Shown: positions 1-10,147 of the stretch, piece after piece
Numbering within the stretch: position 1 is the first letter of the stretch
How the letters are laid out: each line of letters begins with the position of its first letter
Assembly: GCA_963785915.1 (NCBI GenBank)
Contig: CAWAWY010000005.1
Coordinates: 24,301 to 88,300 of the forward strand
Source of the DNA: an uncultured Chitinophagaceae bacterium
GTDB taxonomy: Bacteria; Bacteroidota; Bacteroidia; Chitinophagales; Chitinophagaceae
DNA: 64,000 nucleotides
Direction: 5' to 3'
Notes under the pieces: generated by a model
What the model was told of the DNA's origin: nothing
Databases searched by the model: none
Seen by the model: the letters and a program-made list of their open reading frames with translations, nothing else
Position numbers and translations under genes: made by a program

Positions 1-833
1 GCACAATCCGGTTCATCTACATGCAGGCAATTATTAAACTGGCAACCATTTAACCGATCCCGCATCTCAGGAAAATAATGTGAGACCTCCTGTTTTTCTA
101 TATCCACTAATCCGAATTCACGCATGCCCGGAGTATCTATGATGCGGCCGCCACCCGGAAGATCATACATTTCAGCAAACGTAGTGGTGTGTTGACCTTT
201 TCCGCTCCACCCGCTGATATCCTGTGTTTTTAGTTGCAGATCAGGAAGAATAACGTTTAATAAAGATGATTTCCCTACGCCACTGTGACCGCTGAGAAGA
301 GTTGTTTTATTTATCAATTCTTCCGCCACAGATTTTATTCCTTCATTATCTTTTGCGCTGACCAAAAAAACTTTATAGCCGATCGTCCCATACATTTCTT
401 TCCATTGTTCAAATTTTTCCTGCTCCTTCTTTTTATACAGATCCGCCTTGTTGAATACGATAATGGCCGGCACATGATACATCTCCGACGCAACCAAAAA
501 CCGGTCAATAAACCCCTGCGAGGTCCTCGGCTCTTTTAGCGTAGCTACCAGCATTGATTGGTCAAGATTGGAGGCCACAATATGATGCTGATGTTTGAAA
601 CGAGGGGATTGCCTGTTAATATAGTTTCTCCTATCAGCGATCTTTATAATTGTGGCGGTACTTTCATTTTCGTTTTCGGTCTCAATTTCTACCTCGTCAC
701 CAACTGCAACAGGGTTGGTACTGGTGATCTCATCAATTTTAAAAACGCCTTTCATGCGGGCATTGTGCCACTTCCCCGACCTGTCTTTTACTGTGTACCA
801 GCTTCCCGTGGACTTATAAATTGTTGCTTTCAT
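1..833 (-). CDS. rsgA: ribosome small-subunit biogenesis GTPase RsgA (C-terminal end runs off window start)
   Basis: Minus-strand translation from ATG at 831-833 gives MKATIYKSTGSWYTVKD. GTPase motifs FNKADL, LSGHSGVGKSSLLN and DTPGMREF are present. Absent from the ORF track because it is open at the window edge. Confidence 0.8.
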   Translation of the reverse strand, partial: MKATIYKSTGSWYTVKDRSGKWHNARMKGVFKIDEITSTNPVAVGDEVEIETENENESTATIIKIADRRNYINRQSPRFKHQHHIVASNLDQSMLVATLKEPRTSQGFIDRFLVASEMYHVPAIIVFNKADLYKKKEQEKFEQWKEMYGTIGYKVFLVSAKDNEGIKSVAEELINKTTLLSGHSGVGKSSLLNVILPDLQLKTQDISGWSGKGQHTTTFAEMYDLPGGGRIIDTPGMREFGLVDIEKQEVSHYFPEMRDRLNGCQFNNCLHVDEPDC

Positions 834-984
834 GAGGCTACGAATTTACATGAATGGACACTAATTGAAATATTGGGAATGCCCTGAAGGGAGATTTATT
901 CAGGCTGAACTATTGATCAGAAAAATTCTATTATGATCAGGAGAACTCTTTACCTGTGTTTAGCTACGTAAATCTGTGGCCAGA

Positions 985-1998
985 CTAAGGAAATCTTTTA
1001 AAAAATGTAAGACGAAGTAATATTTCTATGAAAAGAAACCCAAGTGCAGCCAATATAAACGGAAGAAACCGCTCTTCATAGCGTTTATATGACATGACCT
1101 CCATCTTTGATTTTTCCAGTTTGTCAATTTGTTCATAAATGGTTTCCAGTGCTTCTTTATCCTTTGCACGGAAATACCGGCCGCCTGTTTCCTGGGCGAT
1201 CTTTTGCAATAGCTCCACATCCAGAAAATCCACGGCAGGATTCTTTTGACCGGGCTTATTGCCTGTTATCTCTACAATAGATGAAGGAAGAGCGCCCATG
1301 CCAATTGTGTAGACCTTCACCCCATTCGCTTTGGCGATCTCCAATGCTGTCAGCGGATCGATCAATCTTTTTTCCGGCGGATCTTCTTTACCATCGGTCA
1401 ATAAAATGATCACTTTACTTTTTGCTTCGCTTTGAGACAGACGATCCACCGCTGTCGCCAATCCCTCGCCTATCACCGTTCCGTCTGCGAGGTAAATGCG
1501 ATTTTCTAAAGATCGTATCTGCGAGATCAGCATATTTTTATCTGTGGTCAGCGGCACCAATGAAAACGCCTCGCCGGAAAAAATAACAATCCCGATCCTG
1601 TCGACCGGGCGGCTGCGGATAAATTGTTCGGCTACTTCCTTAGCGACATCCAGGCGTGATGGCGGAATATCCCGGGAGCCCATGCTACCACTTACATCCA
1701 TGCATATTATGATATCAATTCCCTCACCTTGTATTTGTTCCTGGTCATTTCTTTTTTGCGGACGTGCCAGGGCCAATATCAGACAGCTAATAGCCAGTAA
1801 CCTTAAAATAAATGGAACATGACGAAACCGGTTTTTAGCAGATGAAACAGTAAAAGCATGGGTCGTGGATACCCTGATAGTAGCTTGCTTACTATTATAT
1901 TTTTTTACATACCACCATATAAGCACAGGTATCCAGGCAAACTGTGCAAACACCAGTGGTTGCGCAAAATCTATTTCTTTTAACCAATCGTATAACAT
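985..1998 (-). CDS. VWA domain-containing membrane protein (BatA-like)
   Basis: 337 aa with N-terminal TM segments, a VWA/MIDAS motif (DVSGSM) and a C-terminal TM. It is the last gene of the MoxR-DUF58 operon. Confidence 0.75.
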   Translation of the reverse strand: MLYDWLKEIDFAQPLVFAQFAWIPVLIWWYVKKYNSKQATIRVSTTHAFTVSSAKNRFRHVPFILRLLAISCLILALARPQKRNDQEQIQGEGIDIIICMDVSGSMGSRDIPPSRLDVAKEVAEQFIRSRPVDRIGIVIFSGEAFSLVPLTTDKNMLISQIRSLENRIYLADGTVIGEGLATAVDRLSQSEAKSKVIILLTDGKEDPPEKRLIDPLTALEIAKANGVKVYTIGMGALPSSIVEITGNKPGQKNPAVDFLDVELLQKIAQETGGRYFRAKDKEALETIYEQIDKLEKSKMEVMSYKRYEERFLPFILAALGFLFIEILLRLTFFKRFP

Positions 1999-2013
1999 AA
2001 ACCGTCTCTAAAT

Positions 2014-2946
2014 TTATCCGCCTGTTGATATAGAAGTTTTTGTCAAGCTTTCAATAGATTCAATTGAATTTTTTATTGTCTCCAATGCAAGCTTATCATC
2101 TTCAATTGACGGGATGTATTTAGCAAATTTTACAAAATCGCTTACCCTCAATGCCTGTGAAAGTTTTTCAAACTGTTCTTTACTAAGCGATACGTCTTTT
2201 AACTGCACTACAAGATCATCCGTAGTTTTTTGCAAGGAATGAATATCGTTCTTCCGATAAACATACAACCGGAAAATATCCACCAATTGGGAATAATATT
2301 GTTTTTGTGCCGGCTTATCCCATTGCAGCTTTTCCAACTGCCTCATCGCTTCTTCATACGGATCTATAACGGGAGCAGCAACAAGCGGTACCGGTTTCTT
2401 TTTTCTTAAGAAATAAATAAGCAGCAGTATCAATAGCAATGCACCACCACCAATGGCGTACCACAGCCACCATTTTTTCTTTTCTTCGGGTGGCTTGACA
2501 TCTATGATGTCTTTTATGTCGTGATATGCCTGCATGGAATCCATCGGGGAAAAAATGACGTCAATTGGAATAGTGTCAGTTGTCAATTTTTCACCAAGAG
2601 GAAATGCGGGGATTTTCCAGCTTCCCGAATCAAAACTGGTGATGCGGATAACCTGTTTTAAAAATGTGCCGCTGCTTGTATTGGTAGTATCGATTGGCGG
2701 TTTATCCAGCACTTCAAAATGAGGCAATGAATCAATAATAAAAAAACGTATGGGTTCATTCTCGGGAATATCCGCTTCCAGCGTCAAACGCATTTGCTCT
2801 CCAATAAGAATTTTATTTTTGTCAACTGTCGCCTTTACAGTTGTTTTATTTTGCGCAGACACAAATAGTACCGCAAAAAGCAGGGAGAAAAAATTGATAG
2901 CTCTATAAAAAACATTGCTGCTCATTAAATCATTGTGATCCCGCAC
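2014..2946 (-). CDS. BatD-like / DUF4381-like membrane protein of the MoxR operon
   Basis: 310 aa with a signal-like N-terminus and a central TM (WWLWYAIGGGALLLILLLIYFLRKKK). Sits between the DUF58 and VWA genes. Family call is tentative. Confidence 0.45.
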   Translation of the reverse strand: MRDHNDLMSSNVFYRAINFFSLLFAVLFVSAQNKTTVKATVDKNKILIGEQMRLTLEADIPENEPIRFFIIDSLPHFEVLDKPPIDTTNTSSGTFLKQVIRITSFDSGSWKIPAFPLGEKLTTDTIPIDVIFSPMDSMQAYHDIKDIIDVKPPEEKKKWWLWYAIGGGALLLILLLIYFLRKKKPVPLVAAPVIDPYEEAMRQLEKLQWDKPAQKQYYSQLVDIFRLYVYRKNDIHSLQKTTDDLVVQLKDVSLSKEQFEKLSQALRVSDFVKFAKYIPSIEDDKLALETIKNSIESIESLTKTSISTGG

Positions 2947-2959
2947 AATGCGGGACAGG

Positions 2960-3832
2960 TCATCGGTTCCGGCTTATAAAAAATTTTTGAAGCACCTTTA
3001 CATAATCTTCATCCGTACGAAGATGAAGCAAATCACTTCCTGCTTTTTTAAAGGTCTGCGTACTGTATTCAGTTACCCTGAAAAACTCTTCATGGTATTG
3101 CTGGCGGACAAACGAATTGCTGCTGTCCACCCATTTTGTAGTTCCCGTTTCAGCATCCTGAACCTGCATTAAACCGGCATCAGGCAGGTCCATATCCATT
3201 TTATCATACAATTTAATACCAATAATATCATGTTTTTTCGAAGCAATCCGCAAAGCCTGTTCATAATTTGCATCAAGAAAATCACTAAGGATAAAAGCAA
3301 TACTTTTTTGCCTTGTCGAATTATTAAAAAACCGAAGAGCGGCACTAACCTGGGTACCAGTACCTTTCGGTTCCTTACTTAATAAGCCGCGAACAATATA
3401 TAATGCATGATCCCTCCCCTTCTTTGGGGGAATGTAAGCCTCTACCTTATTGCTGTAAAATATCACCCCGATCTTATCGCCATTATTTACGGCGGAAAAA
3501 CTTAATACAGCTGCTATTTCTGTAATGATGTCCCTTTTTCTTGCATAGACCGTTCCAAACAAAGAGCTGCCGCTAATGTCCACCATCAGCATCACAGTTA
3601 ATTCTCTCTCTTCTTCAAAAACTTTACTGAACGGATGGCCGAATCTTGCCGAAACATTCCAATCAATAAAACGAATATCGTCACCCGGCGCATATTCTCT
3701 CACTTCTTTAAAAGACATTCCCTTTCCTTTAAAAGCGCTATGATATTCCCCGGTGAAAAGATCACTAGTCAGTTTCTTGCTTTTAATTTCAAGAAGACGA
3801 ACTTTTTTTATTATTTCTTTTGTGGTCAACAT
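2960..3832 (-). CDS. DUF58 domain-containing protein
   Basis: 290 aa containing EYAPGDDIRFIDWNVSAR, typical of DUF58. Lies directly downstream of the MoxR ATPase. Confidence 0.75.
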   Translation of the reverse strand: MLTTKEIIKKVRLLEIKSKKLTSDLFTGEYHSAFKGKGMSFKEVREYAPGDDIRFIDWNVSARFGHPFSKVFEEERELTVMLMVDISGSSLFGTVYARKRDIITEIAAVLSFSAVNNGDKIGVIFYSNKVEAYIPPKKGRDHALYIVRGLLSKEPKGTGTQVSAALRFFNNSTRQKSIAFILSDFLDANYEQALRIASKKHDIIGIKLYDKMDMDLPDAGLMQVQDAETGTTKWVDSSNSFVRQQYHEEFFRVTEYSTQTFKKAGSDLLHLRTDEDYVKVLQKFFISRNR

Positions 3833-3853
3833 GACAATTGTTGGATGCGTATA

Positions 3854-4855
3854 TTATGGAACGTTTATTTGCTTCAACACTTCCTCTATCACTCCTTCAA
3901 CATTTATACTTTCCGCTTCTGCTTCATATGTCAAGCCAATGCGATGGCGCAACACATCATTGCAAATACTTCTTACATCTTCGGGAATTACAAATCCTCT
4001 TTTATTTAAGAAAGCTTGTGATTTAGCAGCCAAAGCAAGATTGATACTTCCTCTTGGCGATGCTCCATAAGAGATGAGCGGCTTCAGGTTTTCCAGCTTA
4101 TATTTTTCCGGATTCCTTGTAGCAAATACAATGTCAAGAATATATTGCTCTATCTTTTCATCCATATATATCTGCCTGACCAGTTCTTTTGCATTGAATA
4201 CTTCCTGTACCGACACTACTTGTTTGACAGATGGAAAAGCCGCTCCCTGGACATTTTGCCGGATGATCATTTGCTCTTCATGCATCTTCGGATAATTAAC
4301 GATCACTTTCATAATGAACCGGTCTACCTGCGCTTCCGGCAATGGATAAGTTCCTTCCTGCTCCAACGGGTTTTGAGTTGCCAGCACGAGAAACGGTTCT
4401 TCTAACTTATATGTCGTGTCCCCGATAGTTATCTGTCTCTCCTGCATAGCCTCGAGTAATGCAGATTGCACTTTGGCAGGCGCCCTGTTTATTTCATCTG
4501 CTAAAATAAAATTGGCGAAGATGGGTCCCTTCCTAACTATGAATTCATTTCGTTGCTGATTATATATCATAGTTCCGATCACATCAGCAGGAAGAAGATC
4601 CGGGGTGAATTGAATGCGGCTGAATTTGGCATGAATGGCCTGGGCAAGTGATTTAATGGTCAGCGTTTTTGCAAGTCCAGGAACTCCTTCCAATAAAACA
4701 TGGCCATTACTTAACAGGCCAATAAGAAGGCGGTCCAGCATGTGGCTTTGTCCAACGATCACATGACCCACTTCCTCTCTCAATTTATCTACAAACTGGC
4801 CGGCATAGCTGATACGTTCATTTAACTGACGAATATCTTCAGCGGTTTTTAGCAT
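3854..4855 (-). CDS. MoxR family AAA+ ATPase
   Basis: 333 aa with Walker A (GVPGLAKT), LADEINRAPAKVQSALLEAMQE and a MoxR-type C-terminus. Confidence 0.85.
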   Translation of the reverse strand: MLKTAEDIRQLNERISYAGQFVDKLREEVGHVIVGQSHMLDRLLIGLLSNGHVLLEGVPGLAKTLTIKSLAQAIHAKFSRIQFTPDLLPADVIGTMIYNQQRNEFIVRKGPIFANFILADEINRAPAKVQSALLEAMQERQITIGDTTYKLEEPFLVLATQNPLEQEGTYPLPEAQVDRFIMKVIVNYPKMHEEQMIIRQNVQGAAFPSVKQVVSVQEVFNAKELVRQIYMDEKIEQYILDIVFATRNPEKYKLENLKPLISYGASPRGSINLALAAKSQAFLNKRGFVIPEDVRSICNDVLRHRIGLTYEAEAESINVEGVIEEVLKQINVP

Positions 4856-5009
4856 GGGATTATTTTATATGTCACAAATTACGAACTAAGCAGTTAGCAA
4901 ATAATTTGCCGGTATGATAATTGGTTAAAAATACTGAAACAAACCGGCGTATTTATACCATTTAATTGCAGGTAAATTTGTTTATTTTTGACGCTTATAA
5001 TCCATAAAT

Positions 5010-5459
5010 ATGAAAAAACAGGTATCCCCTACTTTCTTATTTCTTGCAATTTCTTTTCTGTTCATCGCAGGATGCGGAAAAGATTCAACACCGGCACCAC
5101 CTACAAAGACTGATTATATTTCACAATCACCGTGGAAATTCGATCATGCAATTGCAGGTGGTTCTGATATATCAGGCTCAATAAACGCATGTTTTAAAGA
5201 TAATATTGCCACCTTCACAGCCGCAGGGAATATGACGCTTGATGAAGGAGCTAATGTATGCTCGCCTTCTTATGCGGGACCTTATACATGGGCATTTCAA
5301 AGTGGCGAAACAATACTTCATCTCAGCGCTCCTATATTCACAGGCGGCTCCAGCGATTTCACTCTGGTTTCTGTAAACGCTACCAATCTTGTGGTATCGC
5401 AGACAATGACTGTTGCGCCATTTCCTCCAACAACCGTTGAAGTCACTTTTAAGCACTAA
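5010..5459 (+). CDS. lipoprotein, function unknown (lipocalin-like size)
   Basis: 149 aa with a lipobox (LFIAGCGKD) after a signal peptide. Confidence 0.5.
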   Translation: MKKQVSPTFLFLAISFLFIAGCGKDSTPAPPTKTDYISQSPWKFDHAIAGGSDISGSINACFKDNIATFTAAGNMTLDEGANVCSPSYAGPYTWAFQSGETILHLSAPIFTGGSSDFTLVSVNATNLVVSQTMTVAPFPPTTVEVTFKH

Positions 5460-5461
5460 GC

Positions 5462-7183
5462 TCAGGAAAGATATTTGCCGACGATAGGAACACGTCTGCC
5501 CACACCAAAAGCTTTACAACTAACTCTTATGATGGGACAGAATTGATTTCTCTTGTATTCATTGGTATTTACCAACTTTAATATCCGGTCTACCAGTGCA
5601 GGATCATAACCTTTGGCAATAATTTCATTCGGACCTTGCCTTAATTCTATGTATTGATATAATATTCTGTCGAGGATTTCATAATCAGGTAAACTATCAC
5701 TGTCTTTTTGATCCGGCCTTAATTCTGCAGATGGCGCTTTGGTGATGATATTGACAGGAACGATCTCCTTTTTTTTATTTATAAAATGAGATAGTGCATA
5801 GACCTGCATCTTATATACATCACCCAATACACTAAGTCCGCCAGCCATATCGCCATACAACGTTCCATAACCTGTAGAGAGTTCGCTTTTATTTGAAGTA
5901 TTCAACAAGATATATCCGAATTTATTAGCGATTGCCATCAACAAATTTCCTCTTGTCCTGCTTTGAATATTTTCTTCTGCAATACCAAAAGGCAAATCTT
6001 TAAAGACAGGTTTGAGTTCTATTAGAAATCTTTCATAAATATCTTTTATAGGAATTATGTCATAAGGATTGCCAAGATTCTTGCTTAACTGTTCTGCATC
6101 TTCGACTGAGTGTGACGATGAGAATTGCGAAGGCATCAGAATCGCTCTTACATTTTCTTTGCCCAATGCTTCAACTGCCAGCACCTGGGTTACCGCACTA
6201 TCAATACCGCCGGAAGCGCCGAGTATAGCTTTACTGAAACCCATCTTTCTGAAATAATCTTTTATTCCAAGAATGATGGCGTGATATATCTCTTCGATAT
6301 TCTTTTCACCAACCAGGTATTGAATGGTATCGATTTCGCGGCCAACGTCGAATGCGGAATAATAGTAGGCCTCCCCTGAATCTCCGGCTAACGAGGGGAC
6401 TTTAGCAGCATTTGACACTTTGCAGAGATTTTTTAGATCGAATACCTGGTAATCCTCTTCAAAATATTTCATCTCTTTTATTTTATTGCCGTTGATATCA
6501 TATACCAGGCTGCCTCCATCAAAAACAATTTCCGTCTGGGAACCTATAGCGTTGCAATAAAGCATCGGAAGATGATATTTAATTGTATGTGCTTTCACTA
6601 TACTATTTCTTACAATGTCCTGTGCATAATTATATGGCGATGCAGACAGGTTGATCATCACATCCGGTTTGAAAGACATCAACTTTTCCATTGGAGTGAT
6701 ACGATACAAAGGATTGTCGCCCATATTCCAGATATCTTCACAGATCGTGACGGCCAGTTTTTTCCCTTTAAACTCCATTACTCTCCAATCATACGCCGGT
6801 TCGAAATAGCGGTACTCATCAAAAACATCATAGTTGGGCAAAAGTGTTTTGTGTATTTCCGACTTTATTGCTTTCTCATGCAAAAGAAAGACGGCATTGA
6901 AGAGATCCTTACCTTCTATTTGAGGATTGCGTGCCGGGCTTCCGATAAGCACACCAATAGTGTCGGCATGTTGTTTTATAATATCAATTGACTCGTAACA
7001 TTTATTGATGAAATCATTGAACTCAAGAAAATCACGCGGCGGGTAACCGCATACGCATAATTCAGAAAAGACCACTAGATCAGCGTCCTGCTGTTTTGCC
7101 CAGTTGATACCCTCTATGATCTTCCGCCTGTTCTCTTCAAAATTGCCGATATGATAATTCTGTTGTGCCAGTGCGATCTTCAT
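5462..7183 (-). CDS. nadE: glutamine-dependent NAD+ synthetase
   Basis: 573 aa with an N-terminal CN-hydrolase domain and a C-terminal NAD synthetase domain carrying the SGGIDS PP-loop. Confidence 0.9.
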   Translation of the reverse strand: MKIALAQQNYHIGNFEENRRKIIEGINWAKQQDADLVVFSELCVCGYPPRDFLEFNDFINKCYESIDIIKQHADTIGVLIGSPARNPQIEGKDLFNAVFLLHEKAIKSEIHKTLLPNYDVFDEYRYFEPAYDWRVMEFKGKKLAVTICEDIWNMGDNPLYRITPMEKLMSFKPDVMINLSASPYNYAQDIVRNSIVKAHTIKYHLPMLYCNAIGSQTEIVFDGGSLVYDINGNKIKEMKYFEEDYQVFDLKNLCKVSNAAKVPSLAGDSGEAYYYSAFDVGREIDTIQYLVGEKNIEEIYHAIILGIKDYFRKMGFSKAILGASGGIDSAVTQVLAVEALGKENVRAILMPSQFSSSHSVEDAEQLSKNLGNPYDIIPIKDIYERFLIELKPVFKDLPFGIAEENIQSRTRGNLLMAIANKFGYILLNTSNKSELSTGYGTLYGDMAGGLSVLGDVYKMQVYALSHFINKKKEIVPVNIITKAPSAELRPDQKDSDSLPDYEILDRILYQYIELRQGPNEIIAKGYDPALVDRILKLVNTNEYKRNQFCPIIRVSCKAFGVGRRVPIVGKYLS

Positions 7184-7289
7184 AAAGCAAATTTACGACC
7201 CCGGCATCTAATCCCTGGTTAGCAGTTCATAATGCCTTTCCGCTATCTTCGCAGGCAACATTTTATCACAAGCTTCGTTAATTAGGACT

Positions 7290-8327
7290 ATGAAAAAAGT
7301 TTGGCTATTCCCCTTCTTCGCATTTTTATTCACCACCTGCAATAATAAAAAAGATACCCCTGATGTATCGGGAATAAAAGCTGATCTCAGTGTGCAAAGA
7401 TTTGATGAGGATTTTTTTGCTATGGATACTATGGCTTTAGAAAAAGACATGTCAAAACTACAGATAAAATACCCGGACTTCACCCCGCTTTTCTTACAGA
7501 ATATTCTTGGCGTGACTGATGAAAATGGAATAAAGATTTATTACCGCCTATACAAACCCGTATTCGATTCTTCGCAACAATTGTATAAAGATCTCGATGA
7601 TGTAAAAAAGCAAGTTGAACAAGCTTTGCAGTATGTAAAATTCTATTTCCCTTCTTATAAATTACCAGCACGGATCACCACTGTAGTCGGTCCGATGAAC
7701 TCGATGCAGGATTTTGCCATGATGGGTAATGGCGATTATACTCCTGATTTCCTCGGTCCGGATTTTATAGGCATTAGTCTCCAGTTTTATCTTGGCAAAG
7801 ATTTTTCATTATACAACACGGAATATTTCACCAATAACGTAGCGCCGGCCTACCGAAGCCGGCGTTTCAGCAAAGAGTATATCATCGGCGATGTGATGAA
7901 ACTCATCACCGAAGATATTTTCCCTGATAAAAGCAAAGGCAAGCCGCTTGTTGAGCAAATGATCGAAAAAGGAAAACAATGGTGGATGCTTGATCATTTT
8001 TTACCGCAAGTCCCCGATTCTATTAAGACAGGTTACACAAAGCAACAACTAACATGGTGCAAAGAAAACGAAGGTCTCATCTGGAGTTATATTGTCAAAA
8101 ATGAGGATCTCTATTCGATCAACCCGGTAACTATACAAACATATATCGGTGAGGCGCCATTCACCCAGGGATTTTCGCAGGAACTCTCTCCTGGAAATAT
8201 AGGTCAATGGATCGGTTGGCAGATCGTAAGAAAATTTGCTGAAAATAATTCAAAACTGAAACCAGAGGAGGTCATGCAAAGCACTCCAAAGAAAATACTG
8301 GAAGAAGCAAAGTATAAACCCAAATAG
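7290..8327 (+). CDS. gldB: gliding motility lipoprotein GldB
   Basis: 345 aa lipoprotein (FTTCNNKKD). The N-terminal VQRFDEDFF motif and overall length match GldB, and it is divergent from nadE. Confidence 0.65.
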   Translation: MKKVWLFPFFAFLFTTCNNKKDTPDVSGIKADLSVQRFDEDFFAMDTMALEKDMSKLQIKYPDFTPLFLQNILGVTDENGIKIYYRLYKPVFDSSQQLYKDLDDVKKQVEQALQYVKFYFPSYKLPARITTVVGPMNSMQDFAMMGNGDYTPDFLGPDFIGISLQFYLGKDFSLYNTEYFTNNVAPAYRSRRFSKEYIIGDVMKLITEDIFPDKSKGKPLVEQMIEKGKQWWMLDHFLPQVPDSIKTGYTKQQLTWCKENEGLIWSYIVKNEDLYSINPVTIQTYIGEAPFTQGFSQELSPGNIGQWIGWQIVRKFAENNSKLKPEEVMQSTPKKILEEAKYKPK

Positions 8328-8416
8328 GACAAACTATCGTCCTCAACAAGGACTATATTTTTAAATTGCTTACCTTGCTGTTATCCGTTAACTTATTTTA
8401 GTAACCTGACATTATT

Positions 8417-9511
8417 ATGAAGCTTCTTTCCGCTCTTTCTGATCCTGTCTATATACCGAAAGAAAAATATAATTGGTATGAGAAGTTTTGGCTGAAGCGG
8501 ATGAATGATAAGCGGGACCTTCCATTTATTTATTTGCTTACCAAACTGCACCTGGTAGTTATCAGTACTGCCATCATTTTATACACTCCATTGCTTAAAG
8601 GATGGATATGGTGGCTGGCGGCTGTTCCCTATTTCTATATTTCACAGTTTTATTTCAAAGGAAGGTTTGGGCTGATGTTTCACTGTATCTGTCACCGTAA
8701 ATGCTTTAAGAAACCTTACCAGTGGATCCATACCTATATTACATGGTTTGTTTGCCCGTTCTTTGGTCATGCGCCGGAAGGTTATTTCAGCCACCATATC
8801 GGCATGCACCATATAGAAAATAATATGGAAGACGACACGAGCAGCACAATGGCTTACCAGCGGGACAGTCTGCGGAGTTTCCTGGCGTATTTTTTTAAGT
8901 TTCTTTTTGTTGGTGTCAAGAATACTATTCTCTACTTGTATTACAGGAAAAGAAAGAAGATGTATATGCGGCTCACCGTTGGCGAATATGTTTACTTCAT
9001 CTTTTGCATCGGGATGTGTTTTATAGATCTGAAAGCAACATTGGTCATTTTTATCATCCCGCTATTATTTGCAAGGCTGGTGATGATGCTCGGCAATTGG
9101 ACGCAACATTCTTTTATTGACAGCACTAACCCGGATAATCTTTATACCAACTCGATCAACTGCATCAACACAAAATATAATGTTGTATGCTGGAATGATG
9201 GCTACCATATCATTCATCATCTGCGGCCGGGTATGCATTATACAGAAATGCCGGCAGAGTTTTTAAAACGAAAGGACGAATTTGCCCGCCAAAAGGCTAT
9301 TGTGTTTGATGGCATTCATTATCTGCATATTTTCTTTTTCCTTCTTACCAAGCGGTATGATAAGTTAGCCGATAATCTTGTTAACATCAACAATATGTTC
9401 GAAAACAGAGAAGAAGCGATTAGCATTATGAAGGACAGAACGAGAAAGATCTCAATCTTAAAGTCTACCGATAAAAAGACTTTTTCAAAAATCGCTCATC
9501 AGAGTTACTGA
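8417..9511 (+). CDS. fatty acid desaturase family membrane protein
   Basis: 364 aa with histidine boxes HCICHRK, HHIGMHH and HIIHH and several TM segments. Confidence 0.7.
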   Translation: MKLLSALSDPVYIPKEKYNWYEKFWLKRMNDKRDLPFIYLLTKLHLVVISTAIILYTPLLKGWIWWLAAVPYFYISQFYFKGRFGLMFHCICHRKCFKKPYQWIHTYITWFVCPFFGHAPEGYFSHHIGMHHIENNMEDDTSSTMAYQRDSLRSFLAYFFKFLFVGVKNTILYLYYRKRKKMYMRLTVGEYVYFIFCIGMCFIDLKATLVIFIIPLLFARLVMMLGNWTQHSFIDSTNPDNLYTNSINCINTKYNVVCWNDGYHIIHHLRPGMHYTEMPAEFLKRKDEFARQKAIVFDGIHYLHIFFFLLTKRYDKLADNLVNINNMFENREEAISIMKDRTRKISILKSTDKKTFSKIAHQSY

Positions 9512-9669
9512 GATGGAAAAGTACACCCTTCACTCAGCTTGGCAGTAAGCTCGAATGATAATGCTAACAGTTATATTGTTGGCAAAAATATTCAATCCAA
9601 CTTTTAAAGACTTGTTTAAAATAATAATGGTTGATTGATCTAAGTACTCCCTTTAGGGAGACAGAGGGC

Positions 9670-10056
9670 TTAATTATTCTTCATCGGAACGATCATTTCA
9701 AAAGCAGGAATATCAACTTCGAACATTCTTTTATTGTTGAGATTTTCCATTTGATACGTTCCTTTCATTTTGCCCATTTCAGTGCGAAGATTGCAACCGC
9801 TGACATACTGATAGCTTTCACCTGGTTTCAAAGTAGGCTGTACACCCACCACGCCTTCTCCTTCTACTTCGCGGTGTGTACCGTTACTATCAAATATCTG
9901 CCAATTGCGACGATGTAATTTTATGGGAAAAGAATTGTGATTCTCCAAAGTAATACGATAAGCAAACATAAACTCCGATTGAAGCGGATTACTATAATCA
10001 GGCTGGTAAAAAGTAACCACGCTTACCTGCACTCCCTCGGAGATTATACTGCTCAT
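9670..10056 (-). CDS. apaG: ApaG (DUF525) protein
   Basis: 128 aa containing FAYRITLENH, W.I.D..G and LKPGESYQY, typical of ApaG. Confidence 0.8.
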   Translation of the reverse strand: MSSIISEGVQVSVVTFYQPDYSNPLQSEFMFAYRITLENHNSFPIKLHRRNWQIFDSNGTHREVEGEGVVGVQPTLKPGESYQYVSGCNLRTEMGKMKGTYQMENLNNKRMFEVDIPAFEMIVPMKNN

Positions 10057-10147
10057 AAAAATCGCTTTTAGTAAAAATAAGGAAAAAGAATGATGTCCGT
10101 AATTACTCTTTAAATTTGCCGCCTCAGGTCACAATATAGGAATAATT